From NCBI GenBank assembly GCA_038147155.1, contig JAYQTA010000002.1, positions 195,595 to 259,594 on the forward strand: a stretch of 64,000 nucleotides of DNA, given 5' to 3'. This DNA is from Candidatus Australimonas brisbanensis (GTDB lineage: Bacteria > Chloroflexota > Dehalococcoidia > Lucifugimonadales > Australimonadaceae). Below, piece by piece: positions 1 through 7,732 of this stretch (positions are counted from its first letter, which is position 1; each line of letters begins with the position of its first letter). Under the pieces are notes generated by a model, which was not told the origin of the DNA, ran no database searches, and was given only the letters and a program-made list of their open reading frames with translations. The position numbers and the translations under genes were made by a program.

Positions 1-530
1 CCACCTTCACGGGGCGCTACTACCGGCTGGAGGGGGCGGACATGCTGCCCAAGCCCGCCGCCGGGCGCCCACACCTGCTCATCGGCGGCTCGGGGCCCAA
101 GCGCACCCTGCGCCTGGCGGCCCAGCACGCCGACGAGTGGAACTCCGTCAACGCTCCGCCCGAGGTCATCGCCGAGCGGGTGGACATCCTAAAGGCGCAC
201 TGCGAGTCCGTTGACCGCGACCCGGCCACCATCCGCAAGGGCGTGATGGTCTTCGCCGCCGTGGGCCGCACCCGCAAGGATGTGGAGGCGGCCGCGGATG
301 GTATCCGCCGGCTCACCTTCCGGGGCGAGGCCCTCACCCCGGCGCAGACCATCGCTCAAGCCCGCGAGCGAGGCATGCTGGTGGGCACGTTGGACGAGGT
401 GATGGAGCGGCTGCGCGGTTATGCGGCGGCGGGCATCGACGAGGTGCAGTTCCAGCACATGAACTTCGATGACGACGCGCTGCCGGAGTGGCTCGCCGCC
501 GAGGTCGCCCCCGCCGCGCGCTCGCTCTAG
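1..530 (+). CDS. LLM-class (luciferase-like) F420-dependent oxidoreductase, C-terminal part; 5' end outside window
   Basis: The frame of ORF 42..530 stays open to the window edge (TFTGRYYRLEGADMLPKP...). The tail ...GTLDEVMERLRGYAAAGIDEVQF is typical of luciferase-like monooxygenase/F420 oxidoreductases. Confidence 0.8.
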   Translation, partial: TFTGRYYRLEGADMLPKPAAGRPHLLIGGSGPKRTLRLAAQHADEWNSVNAPPEVIAERVDILKAHCESVDRDPATIRKGVMVFAAVGRTRKDVEAAADGIRRLTFRGEALTPAQTIAQARERGMLVGTLDEVMERLRGYAAAGIDEVQFQHMNFDDDALPEWLAAEVAPAARSL

Positions 531-540
531 CCCTCGCTGC

Positions 541-569
541 TTGACCCTCCGCACGCGCGTGCGTACGCT
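541..569 (+). promoter_or_regulatory. candidate sigma70-type promoter for the 597-3268 operon
   Basis: TTGACC (541-546), 17 nt spacer, TACGCT (564-569), about 27 nt upstream of ATG 597. Hexamers matched by eye only. Confidence 0.3.
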
Positions 570-596
570 GCGCGCACCTTCCGCAGGAGCAGCCCC

Positions 597-1349
597 ATGG
601 CCCGCGTCTGGGACGCCTATCTCACCGAGCAGGATCGCGCGCACGTCCAGCGCGCAGGGCATGGCCCGCGGGGATGGGGCCAGCGCCCCGCGCTGCTGCT
701 GGTGGATCTGTACCGATGGGTGTTCGGAGATGAGCCGCAGCCCCTGCTGGAGGCCGTGGAGCTCTGGCCCGCATCGTGCGGGCTCGCCGGCTGGGAGGCG
801 CTCCCCCACATTCAGCGCCTACTGGCCGCCGCGCGTGAGGCCGGCGTGCCGGTGGTGCACGCCACGGGACTGCACGAGTCCGAATCCGGGCTGGTGGGCT
901 GGAGCGATAACCCCCGCTCTCGAGCGGCGAAGTCCGGCTACATGGGCGGAGCGTCCGAGCGTGATGCACGCATCTACGACATCATGCCCCAGGTGGCGCC
1001 CGTAGCGGGCGAGGCGCTGGTGCGCAAGGCCTCGCCCAGCCCCTTCTTCGGCACGCCGCTGGTGGGGCACCTGACGGGGTTGGGCGTGGACACGCTCATC
1101 ATCGCGGGCGAAACGACCTCCGGGTGCATCCGGGCATCGGTGGTGGACGCGTGCACCCACCGCTACAGCGTGGTGGTGCCGGAGGAGTGCGTGTTCGACC
1201 GCCACGAGGCCGCCCACGCCATCAACCTGTTCGACATGCACCACAAGTACGCCGACGTGCTCCCCCTGACCGAGGTGCTGGCCTGGGTGGACGCCTGGCA
1301 GGCCCCGCAGGGGTACGGCACCAAGGAGGCAGCCCATGGGCAGGCTTGA
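597..1349 (+). CDS. isochorismatase-family cysteine hydrolase (N-carbamoylsarcosine/maleamate amidase-like)
   Basis: AGGAG lies 7 nt before the ATG. D-K-C triad context is present: ALLLVDL, VRKASPSPFFGT, IIAGETTSGCIRASVVDA. Confidence 0.85.
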   Translation: MARVWDAYLTEQDRAHVQRAGHGPRGWGQRPALLLVDLYRWVFGDEPQPLLEAVELWPASCGLAGWEALPHIQRLLAAAREAGVPVVHATGLHESESGLVGWSDNPRSRAAKSGYMGGASERDARIYDIMPQVAPVAGEALVRKASPSPFFGTPLVGHLTGLGVDTLIIAGETTSGCIRASVVDACTHRYSVVVPEECVFDRHEAAHAINLFDMHHKYADVLPLTEVLAWVDAWQAPQGYGTKEAAHGQA

Positions 1350-2094
1350 GGGACGGGCCATCGTCGTCACGGGAGGCGCCGCCGGTATCGGCCGCGCCTT
1401 CGCCGAGGCGTATGTGCGCGAGGGCGCGCATGTCCTCATCGCCGACATCAACGGGCCCGAGGCCGAACGCACGGCGGCGGCCTTCGGCGAGCAGGGCGGG
1501 GACGTGTTGGCGGTGGCCACGGACGTCTCGTCCGTCGCCGACACCGAGGCCATGGCCGCCGCCGCCATGGAACGGTGGGGGCGCATCGACGGGCTGGTGA
1601 ACAACGCCGCCATCGCCATCCGGGTCAAGCACTCCGTGCAGCCCATGGAGGAGATAGACCCTGCGGAGTGGGACCGCATCATCAACGTGAACCTGCGCGG
1701 CGTGTTCCTCTGCTCGCGCGCCGTGGTGCCCCACATGAAGGCCGCCCGTTACGGCAAGATCATCAACATCGCCTCGGGCACCGCGTTCAATGGGCGCCCG
1801 TTCCTCTCGCACTACGTCGCCTCCAAGGGTGGCGTGCTCACCTTCACCCGCTCCCTGGCGCGGGAGGTGGGCGATTGGAACATCACCGTCAACTCCATCG
1901 CGCCGGGCCTCACGGCCTCGGAGACGGAGGAGACGCCCATGTCCCGCTACGAGGCACGCGTGCCCGATAGGGCCATCAAGCGGGTTGAGACCCCTGCCGA
2001 CCTAGTGGGCGCTGGGATATTCTTCATCTCGTCTGAGTCCGACTTCATCACCGGCCAGTCGCTCATCGTCGATGGCGGCGTGGCGATGAACTAG
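1336..2094 (+). CDS. SDR-family oxidoreductase
   Basis: AGGAGG RBS. TGGAAGIG Rossmann motif, NNAA, and YxxxK context (SHYVASKGG). Overlaps the upstream gene by 14 nt. Confidence 0.9.
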   Translation: MGRLEGRAIVVTGGAAGIGRAFAEAYVREGAHVLIADINGPEAERTAAAFGEQGGDVLAVATDVSSVADTEAMAAAAMERWGRIDGLVNNAAIAIRVKHSVQPMEEIDPAEWDRIINVNLRGVFLCSRAVVPHMKAARYGKIINIASGTAFNGRPFLSHYVASKGGVLTFTRSLAREVGDWNITVNSIAPGLTASETEETPMSRYEARVPDRAIKRVETPADLVGAGIFFISSESDFITGQSLIVDGGVAMN

Positions 2095-2131
2095 TCCGTC
2101 AACAGCCAACTTCACGCAGAGGTTCCGCCCC

Positions 2132-3268
2132 ATGGGAGAGGTCGTCTTCGCCGCAGCCACCGTCCACGCCCCGCAGCTGCTCACGCGCCCGCCGCAGGAG
2201 GACCCAGCCCAGCTGGACGCCGACATCGCGGCCATGAACGCGCTGGGCGCGCTTCTGGACGAGACCACGCCCGACGTGCTGCTGCTCATCGGCATCGACC
2301 ATGTGGAGACGTTCTGGCTCACGGCGGTGCCGCAGTTCGCCATCATCACCGGCGCGCGTGCCACGGCCGAGTACGCCGGGCACACCTACGCCCCGTCCAT
2401 CCACCAGCCCTTCGCCCGCGGGCTGCTGGAGGGGCTGGTGGAGCGGGGGATAGACCTCTCCTACGCCCAGGACGCCCTGCTGGGACACGCCTTCGCCGTC
2501 CCGCTGGAGTACGTCCATGAGGGCCGGGGGATCCCGGTGGTGCCCCTGTTCGTCAACGCCTACCTGCCCCCGCTGCCCACGACGCAGCGATGCGTGGAGG
2601 TGGGCCAGGCCATCGGGCAGGTCATCGCCTCGCGCCCTGAGCGCGTGGCCATCCTGGCCTCCGGCGGCATGTCCCACTACCCCGGTACGTGGAAGTACTA
2701 CCACCCCGAGTACGGCTTCGACCACTGGGCCATCCAGGAGATCGAGGAGGGGCGCTTCTCCTCCCTGGTGGAGCTGACCGGCGAGCAGTTGGACGAGGTG
2801 GGCAACACCGAACTGCTCCCGTGGCTCATCATGCAGGGCGCCACGGGCGTCCAGCGGGGCGAGCTGCTCACCTACCAGCCCACCTCGCATCACGGCCACG
2901 CGGTGATGCGCTTCATCCCCGACCGGGGTGGGCGCGGCCAGGAGCACCAGGACATGCTCCCCTACGGGGGGTTCGAGTTCGCGGGGAAGGGGTACGAGTT
3001 CTACAAGTACCCCACGCCGGAGGAGTTCCCCCTCAACAACGCCCTCTACCTGCTGCGTACCGACCACACGCACCTGGAGCGCTTCCTGGACAGACCCGAC
3101 GCCTACTGCGAGGAGCGCGGGCTCTCGGCGGCCCAGGCCAAGGCGCTCAAGCAGATGACCACCGACGCGGTGGTGGCGGAGGGGGCGCACGGCATCCTGG
3201 CCATCACGGCCATGCTGGTGATCCAGCGCGCCAAGCGCGAGCGCGACGCCCAAAAGGCCGCTCGCTAG
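2132..3268 (+). CDS. class III extradiol ring-cleavage dioxygenase, single-chain LigB-domain + LigA-like C-terminal domain
   Basis: The N-terminal ~280 aa has LigB hallmarks (AATVHAPQL, LIGIDHVETF, SGGMSHYPG). The C-terminal ~90 aa (PLNNALYLLRTDHTHLERFLDRPDAYCEERGLSAAQAKAL...) resembles the LigA small subunit. Confidence 0.8.
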   Translation: MGEVVFAAATVHAPQLLTRPPQEDPAQLDADIAAMNALGALLDETTPDVLLLIGIDHVETFWLTAVPQFAIITGARATAEYAGHTYAPSIHQPFARGLLEGLVERGIDLSYAQDALLGHAFAVPLEYVHEGRGIPVVPLFVNAYLPPLPTTQRCVEVGQAIGQVIASRPERVAILASGGMSHYPGTWKYYHPEYGFDHWAIQEIEEGRFSSLVELTGEQLDEVGNTELLPWLIMQGATGVQRGELLTYQPTSHHGHAVMRFIPDRGGRGQEHQDMLPYGGFEFAGKGYEFYKYPTPEEFPLNNALYLLRTDHTHLERFLDRPDAYCEERGLSAAQAKALKQMTTDAVVAEGAHGILAITAMLVIQRAKRERDAQKAAR

Positions 3269-4263
3269 GGTAGCCTCGCCAGCGCGAGGCAGAAGCGCTC
3301 GTCCGCAGGCTCGTGGACGAACAGCTCGTCCAGGCGCAATCCCGCCGCCGCCAGCGCGGCGCGGGCCGAGTCCGGCGTGAACTTGTAAGAACTCTCCGTC
3401 CAGATGGACTCGCCCGCCGCCAGGTGGACGGTCATGTCCAGCGCCGGGATGAGCACCGTCTGCGCAACGCGCGCCACAAGGTGCATCTCGATACGCGAGG
3501 CCTCCCGGTTGAAGAAGGCCCGGTGCTCGAACGCCTCCGGGTCAAACGTGGCGCCCAGCTCGCGGTTCAGCACCCGCAGCACGTTGCGGTTGAACGCCGC
3601 CGTCACCCCCGCCGCATCGTCGTAGGCGGCCTCGATGACCGACTGCTCCTTCACCATGTCCATGCCCACCAGCAGGTGATCCCCCGGCTCCAGCAGGCCG
3701 CTCACGTCCCGCAGGAAGCGGGTGCGCTCCTCCGGGGAGAGATTGCCGATGGTCCCCCCCAGGAACAGCACCAGCCGTCCGCCCTGACTGGGAGGCACCT
3801 GGTCCAGGTGACGCTCGAAGTCCCCCACCACCCCGTGCACCTGCAGGAAGGGGAACTGGGCCAGGAGCGCGAGGGATGAATCCCGGATGATGGTGGGGCT
3901 CACGTCGAAGGGGACGTAGCGACGCAGGTGCTCCGGCGCGCTGGGCGCGCTCAGCAGCACGCGGGTCTTGGAGGCCGAGCCGGAGCCCAGTTCCACGATC
4001 TCCGCCGGGCACAGCTGTGCCATCAATCCCGCTGCGATGCGCTCCAGCAGCGCGCGCTCGGCGCGGGTTGGGTAGTACTCCGGCAGCTCGGTGATGCGCT
4101 CGAACAGCGCGGAGCCATTGGCGTCGTAGAAGTACTTGGGGGGCAGTTGCTTCGGGCTGAACGTGAGGCCGCGGTGCACGTCCTCGGCCAGGGTGGCGCC
4201 GAAGTCCGTCCCGTCCAGATGGTCGTCGAGGGTGAAGCGAGAGCCGGTGGTGGTGTGCGTCAT
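3265..4263 (-). CDS. egtD: L-histidine N-alpha-methyltransferase (ergothioneine biosynthesis EgtD)
   Basis: Starts at the internal ATG (4261-4263) of ORF 3265..4629. LPPKYFYDANGSALFERITELPEYYPTRAE...ELGSGSASKTR...AYDDAAGVTAAFNRNVL matches mycobacterial EgtD along its whole length. The upstream 122 codons of the ORF are Arg/Gly/Pro junk. Confidence 0.9.
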   Translation of the reverse strand: MTHTTTGSRFTLDDHLDGTDFGATLAEDVHRGLTFSPKQLPPKYFYDANGSALFERITELPEYYPTRAERALLERIAAGLMAQLCPAEIVELGSGSASKTRVLLSAPSAPEHLRRYVPFDVSPTIIRDSSLALLAQFPFLQVHGVVGDFERHLDQVPPSQGGRLVLFLGGTIGNLSPEERTRFLRDVSGLLEPGDHLLVGMDMVKEQSVIEAAYDDAAGVTAAFNRNVLRVLNRELGATFDPEAFEHRAFFNREASRIEMHLVARVAQTVLIPALDMTVHLAAGESIWTESSYKFTPDSARAALAAAGLRLDELFVHEPADERFCLALARLP

Positions 4264-4343
4264 GGGGCCTCGGCGCAACCCTACCAGGCGGCGCGAGCGG
4301 TGTCGAAGGGTCAGATGCAGCCAGGGGCCCCGGCGGTGCAGGC

Positions 4344-4808
4344 TCAGCCCAACCCGCGCTCCACCAGCAGGCGTAGCACGTCGGACAGCAGGAAGATGGC
4401 CAGGCCCAGCACCAGCGTCATCTGCACGTGGCCCAGGGCGTTGGCCGCCGTGCGCATTCGCCCACGGGGCGCGTCGGAGCCGGGGCGCCCCCGCCTGCCC
4501 ACCACCAGGAAGAACATCCAGGCAGAGAGGGCGATCTTCACGCCCAGCACCGCCCCGTAGGCCGCAGTGGAGGTGTCCTCGGACAGGCGGCTCACCGCCA
4601 GGATGCCGCCGGTGATGGCCAGCGTCCACATGGCCATGCCCACCAGCTGGCCGAACTCAGCCCCGGCGAATCGGGCCAGGGCCGGGGGGGCGATCCCGGC
4701 GCGCACGGCGGGACGCACCACCACCCAGTAGAAGATGCCGCCGCCCACCCACGCCACGGCGGCGATGGCATGGAGCCAGCGGATCAGCAGCAGCAGCGCA
4801 TCAGGCAT
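4344..4808 (-). CDS. CopD-like integral membrane protein (about 4 TM)
   Basis: RWLHAIAAVAWVGGGIFYWVV plus three more hydrophobic spans. High GC3. No clear RBS. Confidence 0.6.
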   Translation of the reverse strand: MPDALLLLIRWLHAIAAVAWVGGGIFYWVVVRPAVRAGIAPPALARFAGAEFGQLVGMAMWTLAITGGILAVSRLSEDTSTAAYGAVLGVKIALSAWMFFLVVGRRGRPGSDAPRGRMRTAANALGHVQMTLVLGLAIFLLSDVLRLLVERGLG

Positions 4809-4883
4809 GGGGGGATGCTAGCGCACGGAACGGGCAAGCCCAAGGGGGAGCCCCCTGGAACGAGCACGCGAAACGAGCGGGCA

Positions 4884-4912
4884 ACGACAAGCCCGGCCCT
4901 GGCGGGTACAAT
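4884..4912 (+). promoter_or_regulatory. candidate promoter of the ArsC-like gene
   Basis: ACGACA (4884-4889), 17 nt spacer, TACAAT (4907-4912), about 45 nt upstream of ATG 4957. Confidence 0.35.
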
Positions 4913-4956
4913 CGCCGCGACCACGCCGGGACCGCCCGGTGAACGTGAGGTGAGCG

Positions 4957-5307
4957 ATGGCTACCACGGTGAGGTTCTACTGGTACCCCAAGTGAACCAC
5001 CTGCCAGAAGGCGAGGGCGTGGCTCTCGCAGGAGGTGGTACCTTTCGAGGAACGTGACTACTTCAAGCAGCCCTTCAGCCGCGATGAGCTGGTGGCGCTG
5101 CTGGACGGGGCCTCGCCCCGCACGGTGTTCAACGCCAAGTCCGTCGCGTTCAAGAAGACCGGATTGAACGCGGACGAATTGCCCGATGCACGGTTGCTGG
5201 ACATGCTGCTGGAGGAGCCGCGCTACTTCAAGCGCCCGCTGGTGGTTGCCGATGGGCGGCTGCTGGTGGGACTCAACGCCCAGAAACTGGCAGAGGCGCT
5301 GGGCTGA
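4957..5307 (+). CDS. ArsC/Spx/YffB-family redox protein with in-frame TGA (4993-4995) at the first position of a U-x-x-C motif; candidate selenoprotein
   Basis: GAGG lies 6 nt before ATG 4957. Translation gives MATTVRFYWYPK-TGA-TTCQKARAWLSQEVVPFEERDYF..., which runs in frame into track ORF 5035..5307. The full 116-aa product aligns with the family layout (beta1 strand, CxxC-K-A-x-x-W-L, ...YFKRPL...). Confidence 0.6.
4996..5039 (+). other. SECIS-like stem-loop immediately 3' of the in-frame TGA
   Basis: ACCACCTGC (4996-5004) can pair with GCAGGAGGTGGT (5028-5039), giving 9 bp with a 3-nt bulge. An inner helix GAG (5013-5015)/CTC (5023-5025) caps a G/U-containing loop GGCGTGG. Confidence 0.4.
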
Positions 5308-5360
5308 TTTGGCGTAAGGTGAGGACTGGCTAACCAGTTCGATAACGACAGGAGAGACGG

Positions 5361-7109
5361 ATGCCCATCCGAGTCCTGCCGCCGGAGGTCGCTGCTGGCA
5401 TCGCCGCGGGTGAGGTCATCGAGCGGCCCGCCTCGGTGGTGAAGGAACTGGTGGACAACGCGCTGGACGCCGGCGCGCGCTCCCTCAGCGTGGAACTGGA
5501 GCAGGGAGGGCTGGCCCGCATCCGGGTGACCGACGATGGGTGCGGCATCCCGCAGGACGAGCTGCCCCTGGCCTTCACGCGCCACGCCACGTCCAAGATC
5601 GCCGCGCTGAAGGACCTCGACTCGCTCTCCACCATGGGCTTTCGTGGCGAGGCTCTGGCCTCCATCGCCGCCGCTTCGCGGGTGCGCCTGGCCTCTCGCC
5701 CGTCGCAGGCAGCAGGAGCGGCGTACCTGGAGATGGCAGGGGTGAGCGCGGGGGCATCCGGCACCGAGGCCGCCGCACCCGGCACCACCGTCACCGTGGA
5801 ATCGCTCTTCGCCTCCATCCCGGCACGCCTGAAGTTCCTGCGCTCGGTGTCTGCGGAGACGGCGCGGGTGCGGGCGGTGGTCGAGCACGCGGCCATGGCC
5901 TTCCCCGGCGTGCGCATGCGCCTGCGGGCTGACGGGCGCACCCTCTTCGAGAGTTCCGGCAACGGTGAGCTGCGTGAGGTGCTGGCCCAGGTGTTCGACG
6001 CCCGCACCGCTGCGGCGCTGCTTCCCGCGGTTCCCTCATCGCGCGCGCCGTACCCCGCGTACGGGTTCGTCTCGCCGCCCTCGGTGAGCCGGGCCAACCG
6101 CACGGGGATGCACCTGTTCGTCAACGGGCGCTGGATCACCAGCCGCACTCTCTCGGTGGCGGTTGAAGAAGCCTACCGGGGCCTGCTGATGGAGGGGCGC
6201 TACCCCCTCGCGGTGCTGTTCCTCCAGGTACCGCCGGCCGAGGTGGACGTGAACGTCCATCCCAACAAGCGGGAGGTGCGCTTCGTCCGCGACGCCGACG
6301 CCTTCTCCTCGGTGCAGCGCGCCGTTCGCGAGGTACTGCTGGAGGCCGAGCCGGTGCCCGAGGCGCCGGGGTTGCTGTCCAGCCCGATCCCGGACGCGCC
6401 TGCGCCCCTGGGCCTGCTCATGAGCGGTCTGACCGCACCGGCCCCGCCCGGCCCGCTGCCGGAGCCCGCCTTCCACGGAGTGGCCGAGCCTGCGGCAGCC
6501 TACGCGCCCACCGCACCGGCTCCGCAGGCAGGCCTGCCGCACCTGCGGGTGCTGGGGCAGGTGGCCTCTGCGTACATCGTGGCCGAGGGGCCCGACGGCC
6601 TCTACCTGGTGGACCAGCACGCCGCCCACGAGTCGGTGCTCTACTACCGGCTGCTGGCCGCATGGGAGGCGGGGCAGGGGCCTGCCGTGCAACCGCTGCT
6701 GGAGCCGCTGCCGTTGGACCTGAGCCACGCGGAGCAGGAGGCGGCGGAGGACGCCCGTGCGGAGCTGAGCCGCTACGGTGTGTCCCTAGAGCCCTTCGGG
6801 GCCGAGACGTGGCTGCTGCGCTCGCTCCCGGCTCTCGCCCGGCGGGTGGACCCGCGCCGCCTGGTGGCCGAGGTGCTGGAGGCGCACCGCCATCCCGGCG
6901 CCTACCCCGCCACTCACCAGGCCGTGGCTGCGTCCATCGCCTGCCACAGCGCCGTGCGCGCGGGCCAGGCGCTCAGCACCGAGGAGATGGAGGCGCTGGG
7001 CCGCGCGCTGGTGGAGGAGGCGAACCCCCAGCACTGCCCCCACGGGCGCCCCACCACGGTGCGGGTGTCCACGGCGGCGCTGGCCCGCGAATTCGGGAGG
7101 ACGGGATGA
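5361..7109 (+). CDS. mutL: DNA mismatch repair protein MutL
   Basis: N-terminal GHKL ATPase motifs (IAAGEVIERPASVVKELVDNALDAGA, VTDDGCGI, GFRGEALASI). C-terminal endonuclease-type domain (DQHAAHE, QHCPHGRPT). Confidence 0.95.
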   Translation: MPIRVLPPEVAAGIAAGEVIERPASVVKELVDNALDAGARSLSVELEQGGLARIRVTDDGCGIPQDELPLAFTRHATSKIAALKDLDSLSTMGFRGEALASIAAASRVRLASRPSQAAGAAYLEMAGVSAGASGTEAAAPGTTVTVESLFASIPARLKFLRSVSAETARVRAVVEHAAMAFPGVRMRLRADGRTLFESSGNGELREVLAQVFDARTAAALLPAVPSSRAPYPAYGFVSPPSVSRANRTGMHLFVNGRWITSRTLSVAVEEAYRGLLMEGRYPLAVLFLQVPPAEVDVNVHPNKREVRFVRDADAFSSVQRAVREVLLEAEPVPEAPGLLSSPIPDAPAPLGLLMSGLTAPAPPGPLPEPAFHGVAEPAAAYAPTAPAPQAGLPHLRVLGQVASAYIVAEGPDGLYLVDQHAAHESVLYYRLLAAWEAGQGPAVQPLLEPLPLDLSHAEQEAAEDARAELSRYGVSLEPFGAETWLLRSLPALARRVDPRRLVAEVLEAHRHPGAYPATHQAVAASIACHSAVRAGQALSTEEMEALGRALVEEANPQHCPHGRPTTVRVSTAALAREFGRTG

Positions 7110-7732
7110 GCGCCGCGCTGCGCGTACTCCTGGCCACGGCCAACCCCGCCAAGGCGGAGCACCTCGCCTGGCTGTGCGCGGGGCTGCGCGTCGAACCGGT
7201 GCATCCGGGCCCCGGTGGGGGGCCGCAGGTGGCCGAGGATGCGGCGAGCCACCTGGGCAATGCGGTGCGCAAGGCGGTGGCCTGGTCGGCGAGGCAGGGC
7301 GGCGTCGCGCTGGCCTCCGACGGGGGGCTGGTGGTGCCCGCGCTGGAGGGGGAGTGGAGTTCCCTCACCACCCGCCGGGCCACGGGCACCGGCCTGGAGA
7401 CGGACGAGGAGCGCGCCGGGCGGCTGCTGCGCCACATGGCGCGTTTGGCGGACGCGGAGCGCGCGGCCCACTGGGTGGAGGCCGTCGCCATCGCGCGTGA
7501 TGGCCGGTTGGTGGGCGCCTGGCAGGCCCAGGGCCTCGCCGGAGTCATCGCCCAGACCTATGCACCCCAGCCGGGCGCGGCGGACGGCTTCTGGGTCAGC
7601 GGGCTGTGGGCCGATGCGACCACCGGGCAGCGGCTGTGGGAGCTGGACGAGGCCGCCCGCGAGCGCCTCGCCGACCCGTGGCTGACCCTGGCCCTGCCCG
7701 CCCGCGACCTGCTGGCTCGCTTGGCAGGCTAG
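7106..7732 (+). CDS. divergent Ham1/RdgB-like (non-canonical NTP pyrophosphatase fold) protein
   Basis: Its ATG overlaps the mutL stop (ATGA). LLATANPAKAEHL, ASDGGLVVPALEG and GFWVSGLW align with RdgB ATGNxGK, DDSGL and FGYDP, but several catalytic positions are substituted. Confidence 0.6.
   Translation: MSAALRVLLATANPAKAEHLAWLCAGLRVEPVHPGPGGGPQVAEDAASHLGNAVRKAVAWSARQGGVALASDGGLVVPALEGEWSSLTTRRATGTGLETDEERAGRLLRHMARLADAERAAHWVEAVAIARDGRLVGAWQAQGLAGVIAQTYAPQPGAADGFWVSGLWADATTGQRLWELDEAARERLADPWLTLALPARDLLARLAG

Noticed and set aside
3265-4629. N-terminally extended versions of several track ORFs: egtD to 4629, Rieske to 14778, purB to 31736, HAD to 32722, egtB from 31946, NfeD from 43208, miaA from 39381, the PrpF-like gene from 41311, and guaA to 36561.
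   Set aside because: In each case the homologous region begins at an internal ATG/GTG preceded by a GGAGG-type RBS. The extra upstream codons are low-complexity and overlap neighbouring genes or intergenic hairpins.
5035-5307. Taking GTG 5035 as the true start of the ArsC-like gene, as in the ORF track.
   Set aside because: That start would remove the beta1 strand and the redox motif that define the family. There is no RBS before 5035. The 26 upstream in-frame codons encode exactly the expected N-terminus apart from the TGA. It remains the fallback if Sec decoding is refuted.
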